NCBI GenBank assembly: GCA_038087875.1
Contig: CM075994.1
Coordinates: forward strand, 9,426,001 to 9,490,000
Length of the DNA: 64,000 bases
Reading direction: 5' to 3'
DNA from: Malacoraja senta
Taxonomy: Eukaryota
This document shows, piece by piece, positions 11,934 through 24,409 of this stretch (its first letter is position 1; every line of letters starts with the position of its first letter). Under the pieces are notes generated by a model. The model was not told where the DNA came from and did no database searches. It saw only the letters and a program-made list of their open reading frames with translations. The position numbers and the translations under genes are program-made.

Positions 11934-12990
11934 CTAAAATAGAATTAGCAAAAGTTTGTTATAAAACCTTTGGTACGTCAGTTCATTAGACCATCCTGCA
12001 GCCGCTAGAATGTGGTCGAGAGGGACATCTATATCCCTCACTGCTGAAGTAGATGCAGCCCTGGTGGAATGAGGTTTAAAAGTGTCAGTGTCCACTCCTG
12101 CACATGCCAGCACCTGTTTTATCCATCTTGAAATGGTCTGCACTGTAACCTTCCTATGAGGTTTAGTGTAGCTGATGAATAAGGATAATTCCGAGCCTCT
12201 GAGGCTCCTAGTGACCTTAATGTATTGTAGTATGTGAGAAACCACACACAACCGTAGGTCTAAGGGGTATGCCATAAAAATTAATTTGAGCCCCGACACC
12301 CCTGTCTGCTCTGCTTAATTAAATCATAAACAAAATTGGTGATGTTGTCAAAAGATGAAACCATGCTGTCCAGTCTAAGTTTATTTAACGTCTGGACCCG
12401 TTGTGCTGAAACCAGCGCCATGAGCATGACCACCTTGAGAGTGAGATTAGGCAGAGACAGAGATGAAGCTGGAGCCCCCTGGCGAAGCGTGAGTACCATG
12501 CTCACATCCCATATCTGTGAATATCTGGGCATAGGGGGGTAGAGTTAAAAATGCCCTTCATAAATCTGGTTATTAAGGGGTGAGATCCGACAGTGTGGTT
12601 CCCTGACCCCAGCCATAAGTAAGATGATAATGCACTCCTAGCACTATTTATGGCACTATAACTGAGTTTCTGATCGTAGAATAGACTTCTAAAAAAAAAA
12701 AAAAACTGGAGAGTCAAATGCAACGAAAATTTCGTTCTAGGTGCACTGTGTATAGGTGTATATCTGAATGACAATAAAGTTTTCATTCATTCATTCATTC
12801 AAAGGAACTCCAAAACATCCGTAATGGAAGCCGTGCCATACGGAATTTTCGAGAGAGAGCAGTACATCTCCCATTTCCTTATATGAGAGATGTACTGTTT
12901 CTGGGTGCTCTTCCTCCAGGCCGCAGTGATCACATCAACCATACAATCTGAAAGTCCGAGCCCCAGGAACGGTCTCCTCAGAATCTTCAA
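11934..12990 (-). pseudogene. DIRS tyrosine recombinase, frameshifted and interrupted
   Basis: Motifs SAQRVQTL, FKPHSTRAAS, AAGWS..TYQRFY; SAM-like N-terminal part (AWRKSTQKQY, SYSAINSARSALS). Confidence 0.9.
12690..12800 (+). mobile_element. Short retroposon 3'-tail insertion in the DIRS YR gene
   Basis: A-run, CAACGAAAATTTCGTTC...CTGAATGACAATAAAG and (TTCA)n tail; interrupts YR coding continuity. Confidence 0.7.
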
Positions 12991-14945
12991 ACCAATAAAT
13001 TGATTCGGTCATGAAGAGGATGGTTTTCCCCTGTCACAGGATGAACCAGCAGATTTCTGCTTTTGGGGACAGCTATAAAAGGCTGTGTAATCATACCTAG
13101 GACGAGTGGGAACCAATGCTGTGTGGGCCAGTCTGGTACTACCAATATGCCAGAGGCGGAGTCTTGCTTGATCTTGGCCAAGCATCGACTGATGAGGCAA
13201 AATGGGGGAAAGGCATACAAGAACTTCCCACCCCAGTGTAGCGAGAATGCATCTACTGCTACTGCCCCTGGGTCTGGTTCCCATGAAACGTAATTTGGTA
13301 ACTGATGATTTAGTCTAGATGCAAACAAATCAATATCCGGTACGCCATACCGAGCGACAATGTCGTTAAACACTTCATGATTCAACATCCATTCTTTGTT
13401 GTCATTGAATTTCCATGACCTGGTGTCCGCCACCATATTATATCTACCTGGTAAGTAGATAGCTGTAACCCAGATGTTTCTCGTAATAAACCAGTGCCAA
13501 ATAAGGTTAGACAATTTATCACAGGATACAGACTTAATTTCACCCGTGATTAATTTATGCCACCGCTGTAGTGTTGTCAATCTGAAGTTGAACATGCACA
13601 TGATGCATATTGCTACAATAAGCCTTTAGCCCATAGAGTGCTCCCAACAACTCTAAGTAGTTAATACCATGTGACTGAAGAATTGATGATTCCTGCATAT
13701 TCCATCTGCCACCGCAGCTTGAGACGATGTTGGTAGCACCCCAACCTAGAGCACTAGCATCAGTTTGTAGGATACCTGATGGTGTATCAACTAAAATTGT
13801 ACTGGAGCAATGCCGAATTGTAACTCAGCAATGGCTTCAGCTGGCAACCGCATAGGTCTACCGAAGTGACCTTTAATAAGTTTGAGTGCCTGCTCCTTTG
13901 CACGTTGTAAGTTTTGGTAGGGCGAAGGGCCGAACTGAGCAGCTGGGAAAGAAGCCGCTAATTTGCCAATTATACTAGCCACATGTTGGTTCTTAACAGT
14001 GAGATTGCTACAGGCTTCAATTAATTCTAGTTGCTTGCCCCAAGGCAGAGTCACTGACATGTGAATAGAGTTAATGGTGAATCTCAAATAATCAATTACT
14101 CTAGATGGTGCCAATTTGGATTTAACTGGATGGATGAGGAACCCCAATCTCTCAAACATGAGTTTAGTAGCTGACACAGATAATTCAGCTAATTTCATAG
14201 TTTTCCCTATGATTAGGATGTCATCCAAGTATGCCATGACAATATGATTCTGTGCCCTGAGTAGCCCCAGGACTGGTTTTAGCAATTTAGTGAATAGTCT
14301 GGGGGCTGAGGTTAACCCATTAGGCAATGCTTTTAACTGCCACAGTTGCCCCATCCAGCTAAACTTAAAATATCTCCGGTGGTCCCCATGAATGGCCACT
14401 GAATAATATGCATCTTTGAGGTCGATGCATGCCATATAACATCCCTTGGAAATCAGTTGTTTGGCAGTAGCAAAGTTTTCCATTTTGAAGTGTTTATACT
14501 GCACACAGGTGTTACACTCAGTCAAGTCAAGAATAATTCGGCATCCTCCATCCTTCTTTTGCTTAATGAATATATTGGACACAAATTGGTGAGACTCATG
14601 ACTCAACATCTCAATTACCCCTTTTTTGTGTAAAGATTTGTTTTCAGCTTGCGCATCCGCACACTCCTGTTGTGAAGGAACAAATGTGCGGTTCGGTGTA
14701 TGCTGTGTGAGTGGAGGCGAATTTAAAAGGAACTCAATTTGGAAACCTTGTATACTGTGCAGTATAAACGGATCTGATGTTATCCAATGCCATTCATTCA
14801 AGATAAATTGTAATCTCCCCCCAACTTGTAACTGATCCATAGACAATGTGTTACGCAAACAACCAGACTCACTTACCTCAATGGTTATCGGCGGAATGGT
14901 GTTTGTTTCTGCCCCCGAGGTCTGGGGGCTGTTGGAGGGCGCCAT
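12987..14945 (-). pseudogene. DIRS pol: reverse transcriptase, RNase H and N6-adenine methyltransferase-like domain, frameshifted
   Basis: IDLKDAYY, LPNGLTSAP, AYLDDILI; ILQTDASALGWG near 13740-13775; DLFASRLN and YAFPPF. Confidence 0.93.
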
Positions 14946-16110
14946 CCGCGCATCTTGAATGTGGACCGGCTTGGGCCTTGCCCTAAAAAAGGTCTCTGTG
15001 CCTGGTGTTCGTGCTGCCCACCATATCCGGCGAACCGTCTGGTGTTGAGAGGATAGGGGTACGGCCGCCGGAAAGATGAAGTCTTGGAAGGTGTTGGGAC
15101 CTTCATAAGCCTGACCGCTTTAGCCTCATCATCCAGCTCCCTGACCTGCTTTGGCAGATCTTCACCAAACAGGAGGTTTGGTGGTTGGATGTTCCCGGCC
15201 TTGCACAATGCTGCAAATTTGGGGTTCAGAGCAGGACGGATGGCATTCTTACAAAGGCAATTTATCTCAAAATGTGCATTGCACATTAATGCCATGGCGT
15301 CCTGTTGAACATCAGAGAGGGGCCCCCCATCCACCGACCTGGCAAAGGCCGTGATGCCTGAGGCAAGTAATCTTAACATTTTTTGTAGTTTTACCTCCTG
15401 GGCTTTGACGCCCCCTCCAATGTAACCCCAGATGGAGTGATTTACTGCCGGGACATTCAATGAGGCACAGTTTGCTGGGGTATGGTATTTGGTGGTGGTT
15501 TCCTCCATGGCCTGATCTTGGAGCTGGTGAGAGGCCAGGTAATGAATGCTCATGGCTAAATCCTCTCCCAGCGGTTCCCGTTAGGGAAGGTATAGCAAAT
15601 TTGGATGCCATGGGGGGTATTTCCGAATCTTGCCCTTCATGCCTAGAAGTATGCTCCCCAGGTGTGCCTCCGTACTTTGAGTCAGTGTAGAACTGACCTC
15701 GTATGCTCCCCTCCTCAGGGGGGGGGGACATTGTGCAGCCCTGAGACAGGTGCCGCTGCCGCGGGCTCTCTAGAATACCCGGGCTCAGATAGCTCCCTCC
15801 TTTGGAGTATATCACTTTGGAGCAACCTCTCCATTAGGTGCTCCATGTGGGTCAGTTGCCCAAAGACGCTGCCCATAGGAGGAGGAGAATCCTCCTGGCC
15901 CAACTCTTCTGAGTCCAGGGGCCTGACAGACTTCTTGGTGGCTTTCCTCCCCAGCGGGGTAGCCAAGGTGCTTTCTATCGGCACCAAGTCTGTAGCCGCT
16001 GGCTCCACTGCCAGCGACCCGGAAGGCGAAATTGGTGGCCACCCGCTACCCGCAGGCTCGCGGTCTTCAGTAGCCGGTTTCCCTGCGGCCCGCCTCTTCA
16101 CCTTAGACAT
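14885..16110 (-). pseudogene. DIRS gag-like ORF1, frameshifted
   Basis: ORFs 15715-16110 and 14885-15553 (P.NC..L.VP.VN..IW, LLFGEDL) lie upstream of and overlap the RT ORF. Confidence 0.75.
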
Positions 16111-16856
16111 AGTCTCCGCAAAGTTCGAATACTGTCTGTAAGTAGAGTAAATGAACCTTGAGCAACGATCTCAAAGAGAGTATAAGCACTTACCTGGGGG
16201 GTTTTAAACTTACCGCTGGAAGGAGCGACGCGCCCGCCAGGCAGTCGTTGCGCAATGCGTTAGTAATGACGCGCATGCGGGTTGACGGCCTTCTTCCACG
16301 TAATCACTCACGTGACTCTGAAGTAAAATCAGCGGTGGCAGTTACACCTATGACATCACAATGGGATTTCATTCATATAACTTGCCTGTGAGCAGTGTTC
16401 CAGCAGCTTCCACCTCCATGAGGGTAGGGAGGGAGTGAGATTTAAAAAAACAACCGGTTTTAATCAAATACCTTGGGTTTCATTTAAAAAAACATCATGG
16501 CTTTGACTGTGCGTGTGGTGGAATAGGGGAGAGGTTTCATTTACAAAAAAAAATCGACATTTTCATTGTGGGGGGTGGGATGGGTGGGAGGGGAGTCTGT
16601 TGATTGGCTCCAGGGAGCGCCGACAACACCCTCCACCCACGTGGGGCCAATTGATTGCCACAGGGGAGCGCAGACTGAGGGTAGGGGAAAGAAGAGGGGA
16701 GGGAATGCTGAGGGATAAGGGGAAATGAGACGCTGTTGAGGGCTATGTGTGAGTGGTGGAATATTGAGTTGGGGGAACGGTTCCGTTGGGGGAATGGATG
16801 TGTGGTGGAAGATTGCGTTGGGGGAATGGGGCCCAATGGGTCCCACTGGTCTAGTA

Positions 16857-18013
16857 TCTATCTATATACTTAAAAGTCTAATCTTGACCACTTCCTGTTT
16901 GCGCTCTATAATGATTTAGAAAAAACGCTACCACGTACGGCTGTGGTTTTTGGCTGTCGTACTCAGAGTCCCCTCCGCTCATCAGGTGCCGAGGATTTTT
17001 TTCCATAGATGAAAAATAAAAGAGTTATTAGTGTTTAAAAAATGTTGAGATTCTCTTTCCTTTCAACCACGCCCCGAAGGCCACGCCTCTTCTGGTGGGA
17101 GGGGGAGGGGCTATAAACCCGGAAGTGTGGGCGTGGCTCAGTCTCTGCAAGATGGGTGAGGGAGAGGACATGACTCTCTGTCTGAGCTGTGAATCAACTG
17201 AACACACTGAATGTCTACTGAACTGTGAGGTTTGTGGTGTTTTGTGGAGTTTCATGCGGGTTTATGACGGTTTTATGGTGGTTTCACCCTGAATTTGAAT
17301 TTGCTTGCCTTGCACCCTGCTTGAAATGGTATGAAACTGCACTTGAATTTGGTGGCCCTGCACCCTGCTTTAAATGGTATGAAACTGCACTTGAACTTGG
17401 TTGCCTTGCACCATGCTTGAAATGGTATGAAACTGCACTTGAATTTGGTGGCCTCGCACCCTGCATGAAAAGGCATGAAACTGCATTTGAATTTGGTGGC
17501 CTTGCACCCTGCTTGAAATGGTATGAAACTGCACTGGAATTTGGTGGTCTTGCACCCTGCTTGAACTGGTATGAAACTGCATTTGAATGTGGTGGCCTTG
17601 CACCCTGCTTGAAATGGTATGAAACTGCATTTGAATTTGGTGGCCTTACACCCTGCTTGAAATGGTATGAAACTGCATTTGAATTTGGTGGCCTTGCACC
17701 CTGCTTGAAATGGAATTTCAAGAAATAGCCGTGAATCAACTGTCAGCCCACCAGCCGTGAGTGAGTGAGCTGCCAGCACACCAGGCTTGAGTGACTGAGC
17801 TGCCAGCCCAATAATCCATTCGGCCCACAATATCCATACTAGCCCTCTGGAAGCAAGTCCCTTCAGCCCACAACACCCATACTAGCACTCCAGAATGCCC
17901 CCCCCCCCCCCCACTGGCCACCAATATTGGAATTTGTGGAGAGGTGGAATATTGCATTGGGGGACCTTCCCTCTCATGTGAACATGGGACCCAACGGGTC
18001 CCACTTAGTCTAG
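16857..18013 (+). mobile_element. Non-autonomous Helitron, family B, unit 2
   Basis: 5' TCTATCTATATACT; 3' perfect hairpin GGGACCC-AAC-GGGTCCC, then ACTTAGT-CTAG|T. Confidence 0.8.
17290..17720. repeat. 48-bp minisatellite, ~9 copies, inside Helitron unit 2
   Basis: Unit GCACCCTGCTTGAAATGGTATGAAACTGCA(C/T)TTGAATTTGGTGGCCTT; 16-aa periodicity in the ORF track. Confidence 0.95.
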
Positions 18014-18977
18014 TATATTACTAAAACTCTCATCTTACTTGTCTCTATGCGCGTGTGTGTGTGTGTGTAATTATGATCACGGAACTACGCCAAAACGGTA
18101 CACAATAGCGCTAATAGATTTTGCACCACCTTACTCACAATTGTCCTGTGGTGGTTTGTATCAAGTTACGTTCAGATTGATGTTATATTTCACAAATTAT
18201 TCCACATTTTTTAATTTAAAAAATCCAAATTTGAGAAACAATTCTTCCCTCTGCAGCTATGACTTCACAATGGGATTGTAACCATACCAGCTACAATGTT
18301 GCAATCCCGGGACACTCAGTCCTGACAGCACTAGCAAGTGCAATTGCAAGCTACAATTAGGCTGTGGGCCGAGGAGCTTTATTCTGGTGTTTCGTGACCC
18401 AAATCACGGAACTACATGAAATTTTCGCATATTGTGTAAAAATATTATATAAATCATCCCTGAAACTCGTCAAGAACAAAACTTGCACATTTTTATTAAA
18501 TTAGAGAAAAAACGGAAAATCTTTGGGTATTTTTAGTCCAATCAAAGCACGTTTAACACGGACGCCAGTTGGCCAATCACGCTCTTTGTTTCAGGCTGGC
18601 TAGGCAGGGAGCACACAACATGGCTGAGAGGACTTCACTGATGCCTGTTTTACTGGAGTTTCTGATGAAGGTTCTTTCTAGTTCTGTGGAATACATGTCG
18701 TGGAAACTTGCAGCAGGGTCATTGAATTTAGTGAGAAAAGCATTAAGAAGTCTGAAGAATGTGCAGCTAAGTGGATAGAAGTGGAAGAAAGTCTTGAAAG
18801 CAAAGTCCCTGCTGAGATGCTGCAACACGAAGTCGTGAAACCAGTGAAACATTGTGAATCAATGAACTGAAAGGTAAGATCTAAAGTCTGAATTTATGAA
18901 AATTAATCTGTATGGACTTTAATTAATTTAATTGCACCCTTTTATAATGTGAAAAAATGAGATTTGGAGGCTGTACA

Positions 18978-19098
18978 TTCACTCATTCATTCATTCATTC
19001 ACTCATTCATTCACTCATTCATTCACTCATTCATTCACTCATTCATTCACTCATTCACTCACTCATTCATTCACTCATTCACTTATTCATTCATTCAT
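18978..19098. repeat. (TCAT/TCAC)n microsatellite
   Basis: Directly visible. Confidence 0.95.
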
Positions 19099-19894
19099 GA
19101 AGTTGAAGGCCTAAACTATGTGTATCCATAACAAGATAAATTAAACATTTTCACTAATGCCAGCTTGTTGGAGTGTAATAAGTCTTTAACATCTAATCTC
19201 GGAGCTGCCTGCGATAACTTACCGAGTACAAGTGCTCCGATCGCGGGGCCTAGGTACTTAACATAGTGAAGCCGCGGTCTCAATTAAGAAGCGGCCGATT
19301 CGCGAACGCGGAGCCGCGGAGTGTGTTTGGATCATCTCCGCGGGGGGGGGGGGGAAGGCTGTACATAGTGCCGTCCGTAGAGGCCGCTTCCAGGCCCCGA
19401 CCACGGGAGAAAAACGGACGAATATTCATTGCACTTTAAAGGCTTCCATTGAAGTGAGAAATGGTCAGAAATGGCTGATGTTTATGTAGAAATGAATTGG
19501 TGTATGTGAACTTGAACTTGAATTAATTTATCTATGGTAGTAACAGTGTTATTCTCATTAACATTAAGAAGAGGTTGAAATTTTATGAATTGAAGTCTAT
19601 GCAGACTTAATGACTATGAGATGTTTTTTTTTGTAGCCTCTGCCTGACCCTCCACTTGAACTTGAACTAACTTATCAATGGGCATCAAAACTTATCAAAA
19701 GACTTGGAATCTGATGAAGAATATTCAGATGAAGATCAGATGTAATGTAAACAAATAAATTGGGGAAATAAATGATTATATAAAGTTTTATTTTAATGTC
19801 GATCGTTTCACTGTTTATTTGGTCAAATTATTTAAACAATGAGTGAATTAATTATGACAATGGCGTGCTGGTGAATGACAGTGCAACAGTCCAC

Positions 19895-20182
19895 CAACCC
19901 ATCCACACATACATACATACACAGATACACACACACATCCATCCATACGCACACTTCCATGCATGCACACACACACACATACATGCACACATACATCCGC
20001 ACACACACATCCACACATACATCCGCACGCAGACATACATATACACATCCATGCACACACATACATCCACACACATACATCCACACATACATCCACACAT
20101 CCAGCCATCCACACATACATATACACTTACATCCACACATCCACAGATACACGTTTGACAGGTATGCACAGACACACACACA
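19895..20182. repeat. Degenerate CA/CAT-rich simple repeat
   Basis: Directly visible. Confidence 0.9.
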
Positions 20183-20889
20183 AACTACAGATACTCAAAC
20201 AATGCAACACTTTTAGGGTTATTTTAGGTTAAAGGTAATAGCCCTCATTTGCAAAGGCACCATGGGGGGTCTCTAACATAAATATAGTCTCATTGTAGCT
20301 TAAAATGAATATTCATCGAGTAAACATCAGAGCATTCGATTCTTGGTCAGGATGTGACATTTACATCAGAAATAAGACAGGTCTCTTACAGATCTGTCCC
20401 CCAGCCTGGCACTGCCCCAGTCCCACATTGGCCGTTACCCCCATTCTCCCCACTATGGCAGTCAGTGGGGTTCAGTAAACGGGGGAACCTAGAGGCTCTG
20501 TCCTGGCCCTTTAATTAGGCAGGTTCATGAGCCCTTAAAACCTGGGACCTCTGCTGCAGTCTCATTAAATTTCCTATTAAAGCAACTGGAAGATGCCTTG
20601 CAGGACTGTCCCCCAGCCTGGAACTACCCCAGTCCCACTATGGCCGTGACCCCCACTCTGCACACTGGCAGTCAGTGGGGTTCAGTAAAGGGAGGAACCC
20701 ACAAGATCGGCCCTCACCCATTAATTAGACTGGTTCAGGAGCAGGACTTCTGCGACAGTGTCATTAAAAAAACACTCACAATTATATTCATCATATTATT
20801 TTTATATAATATAATATACTTAATTATATATGATTACAGTCATATTTACATAATATATATATATATATACCTATATATACCTATATATA

Positions 20890-20923
<34 letters not shown>

Positions 20924-21844
20924 TATAATAATATCTAGGTATAATAATATATAGTTTAAATGGACTGCAACACGGAAATAGGCTGCCTATGGTGTAATAT
21001 GGGATTGGCCACTAGATGGCGCTTACTTTCCCGATCTCATTTTCTAATTAGTTTAATTTATTAATGTGCAACTTTTGGCACTGACGAGTTATGACATCCT
21101 TCTCAATTATGTTTCATCTAAATCTGTGGAAAGTTTCATGTAGTTCCGTGACGTGGGTCACGAAAACCGATTTCTAGACATGGCCTGAATATTGCAATCC
21201 CTTATTTTTATATTCCTGGCAGCAAGTATATTCCTGGCAGCAAAGATTTTTTTTAAGTGCATTTGCATTTTTTTAAGTCACAGTACACTGAGCTCTGCCA
21301 GCTAGCAAGTGCAATTGCATTCTTTTAAAGTTTAAAATCAAGGAGGGTGAATAAGGCAAAATGAGCAGCCCCTGTGCAGCTGGAGGCTATGGGTGAATGG
21401 TGGAATATTGCGTTGGGGTAATGGGTTGCGTGGGGGACCAGGCCTCCCGTCTGACAGGGACCCTATGGGTCCCAATTGGTCTATTGTCTATCTATATTAC
21501 TAAAACTAAGATCTTGACCACTTTCTGACTTTCTGTTTCGTGATTTCCGAAAGAACGCCATCACTTACGGCCGTCATTTTTGGCCACCTCTCTCAGAGTC
21601 CCCCTCCGCCGGATTGAACTGGAGGATTTTTTCCATCGATGAAAAATCAGAGAGTTATTAATGTTTTTTTAAATGTCGCCATTCTCTCTGCTGCCCCCGC
21701 TGGCGGCAGGGGGGACTATAAAACCTGGAAGTGTCGTACCTCACTCAGTCTCTGCAAGATAGAGGAAGCGAGAGGGTCACGGCTCTCTGAGCTGCGAATA
21801 ACACTGAACGCATGTCTACTCGATGGTGAGTCCCCTGAATGTGG

Positions 21845-22045
21845 TTGTAAAGTGTTTGCCAAATTGTCTTGGCTTTTAAAAAGTTTTCACAAAATGGATT
21901 GGGTGTAAAGTGTTTGCCAAATTGTCTTGGCTTTTAAAAAGTTTTCAGAAAATGGCTTGGCTGTAAAGTGTTTGCCAAATTATCTTGGCTTTTAAAACGT
22001 TTTCAGAAAATGGATTCGTTGTCAAGTGCCAAATTGTCTGTCTTG
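21845..22045. repeat. ~58-bp tandem repeat (second array at ~26095-26300)
   Basis: TGTAAAGTGTTTGCCAAATTGTCTTGGCTTTTAAAAAGTTTTCAGAAAATGG recurs at a 58-bp period. Confidence 0.9.
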
Positions 22046-23319
22046 GTTTTTTTTAATGTTTTTTCGGATGGATAAAGCGTGAATAAACATTTTATTAGAT
22101 CAGGACTGTGTTTAATTGCAAAATTGGTGCTTATTCCGTGACTTCCGCTTAGTGGCAAGATGGTGCCGATGACGTCATTTCCGGTTAGCGCCAAGATGGC
22201 ACTGAGTGCGTCATTTCCGGTTCGTGGCAAGATGGCGCTGACTGCAGAAGCAGGGCTCGAAATTAGCTGTTGCCCGGGTGCCAATGACCACATAAAGTGC
22301 CGCCGGGCAATCTAAACGCCGAGTCATTTTGCCTGGCTTGGCACTGCAGATACTGGTTCATACCGAAGATAGACACAAAAAACTGGTGTAACTCAGCAGG
22401 TCAGGCAGCATCTCTGGAGAAAAGGATCGTGACGTTTCCTGTCGGCGACGGCTGTATTGCAGGGCAAAGATACGGGGTGTGGGGTGATGAAGTGTTGGAG
22501 CGAATGACGGGCCCCGCACAGCGGCAGCAGCGGCCGCGAGAGCGGCTCCACCTCGCCCTCCTCCCGCACCCCGCCCGCCCTGATAGTGGCCGCTGCTTGG
22601 AAATCCGCTAATGGCGCTTTCAAAACAAACCCTCCCGCACGCCGAGGCCGGGAGGAGGGAGAGAGGGGGAGGCCTCCTTCCGCCGTGTGAAGCAGCTGCA
22701 CCAACGATCCTATAGCGATAGGATCTGTGAGCTGCACCGCTCGGCCCCGCACCTCGCTGTTGGCTAGCGGAGAGGAGGCGGTGGCGAGGAGTTCCTAACA
22801 GCTTCCCCCTTAGGCGGCAGCACTTGGCGGTGGACAGGGATGGCCAAGGCAGCGGGGCGATGTTATCCGAGGAGCGCTGACCTTCCTTCCTCCCTCCCCA
22901 CCTCGCCCCTCTCTCTCTCTCTCTCTCTCTGTACGCCCTCTCCACCCCTCTTATCCTGAGACCCCTCCTCTCCATTCCACACTGATTCCCGCCTCTATTC
23001 AGTCCTCACTGACATCCCCTGTGCTCCCCTCCCCATCTACCCCCCCCCCAATCTATTCATCCTGCGTTGATCACCCTATCCACCTCGCATTGTTTCTCCT
23101 GCCACCCTCCCATCCATCTTACACTGGTCCCCCAATTCATCCTGTACTGACCCCCCCCCTTCCCATCCATCCTGCACTGCTCCCCCCACTCAAGAAGAAT
23201 GGGGGAACAGTCGGAAGAAGGGTCTCGAACCGAAAAGTTGCCTATTTCCTTCGCTCCATAGATGCTGCCTCACCCGCTGAGTTTCTCCACCATTTATGTC
23301 TACAACCATTCACCCTGTG

Positions 23320-23580
23320 CTGATTCACCCATTCATCCTGTACTGATCCCCAGCATCCATCCCATACTGAACCCCCCATTCATCCTGTACTGATCCCCTC
23401 ATTCATCCTGTAGTGATCCTCCATTCATCCTGCACTGACCCTCCGATCCACACTGAACTGACTCCCCACATTCATCCTGTACTGATCCCCACATTCATCC
23501 TGTACTGATCCCCACATTCATCCTGTACTGATCCCCACCCATCCATCCCGTACTGATCCCCCCATTCAACACCACTGACA
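23320..23580. repeat. ~22-27 bp minisatellite (ATTCATCCTGTACTGATCCCC)
   Basis: Directly visible tandem units. Confidence 0.9.
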
Positions 23581-24409
23581 TCCCCCGTGCTCTCCCCTCA
23601 CAATTTTACATACTCCAACCAACATGCACTAATTCCCCTGCCTCAATCCATCCATTCCGCACCGATTGCCTTCTCAACACCCCCCCCGCCATCTATCCAC
23701 CCCGCACTGATTCACACACACCCCCCCTCCCTGACCCTATTGTGCTGTAAATGTCTTCAGAGCGAACATTGACTATGTTTGATAACGGAATGCAATCAAA
23801 TGTGTTTTAATTCCCAATGTTATTATGTGTTTTAGTCCATAAAGATGGATTAATTAAATTGTGAACACGTGAAACAGTATTCGATTGACACGTTATTACA
23901 GAATTAATTTTATCAGCAAATCAATGCTCTTAATATGGAGTATCAGTACTGTCGTTATTTAATGAGCAACATTCACAACTATACGTTGGATTTATCCAGG
24001 TTTTACTTCTAGTCGGTCATATACATCACAAATTTGGTCAGGAGATATTTCAGTTGAAATTTTAACGTTAATTCTGAAGTGGGAATGATGGAAACAGCGT
24101 TTAGCAATAATTTTTTTTAAATCTAGTGCGTACAAACTGGGTATCTTCATTGCTGTTCACAACACGAACATCTAATCTGAATGTCCGGTAATGTGGCGTT
24201 TTGACACCTTTAAACATATTACCAAAAGAAGCAGTTATGTCCTTTGGCCATCTCTTGTCAGTTAGTGTAATGTTTAACCTGTCAGATGGGGATGGTCTGT
24301 TTTAACAGCTATTATCATAAAATGCCTTTAGAAGTTTCCATGCAACCTGTATATTTTGTTGTGGATAAATTATGTGGGAAGCGTGAGTGTTTCTGTGCCA
24401 ATAGCAATA

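Larger units (their letters stand above)
11411..16329 (-). mobile_element. DIRS1-type tyrosine-recombinase retrotransposon with complete termini and decayed ORFs
   Basis: gag, RT/RNase H, methyltransferase and YR ORF remnants; inverted terminal repeats, internal complementary region 11635-11745, AAT at both ends. Confidence 0.95.
11183..16854 (+). mobile_element. Non-autonomous Helitron, family A, unit 1 (contains the DIRS insertion)
   Basis: 5' TC..TATATTAC; 3' hairpin GGGGCCC-AAT-GGGTCCC followed by CTAG|T. Confidence 0.75.
18359..21186 (+). mobile_element. Unclassified DNA transposon derivative with imperfect TIRs
   Basis: TTTCGTGACCCAAATCACGGAACTACATGAAA (~18390-18421) is the inverse of TTTCATGTAGTTCCGTGACGTGGGTCACGAAA (~21134-21166); AGGC...GCCT termini. 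Confidence 0.6.
18014..21484 (+). mobile_element. Non-autonomous Helitron, family A, unit 3 (contains a TIR element)
   Basis: Starts TATATTACTAAAACTCTCATCTT right after CTAG; ends GGGACCC-TAT-GGGTCCC-AATTGGT-CTAT (degenerate CTAG). Confidence 0.72.

Noticed and set aside
12987..13601. Bacterial-type DNA adenine methyltransferase suggesting contamination or HGT
   Set aside because: It is the standard MT domain of DIRS pol, embedded within the element
17225..17830. Repetitive ORFs / CRISPR-like periodicity
   Set aside because: Contiguous 48-bp tandem units with no unique spacers and no cas genes; open frames on both strands are a by-product of the repeat
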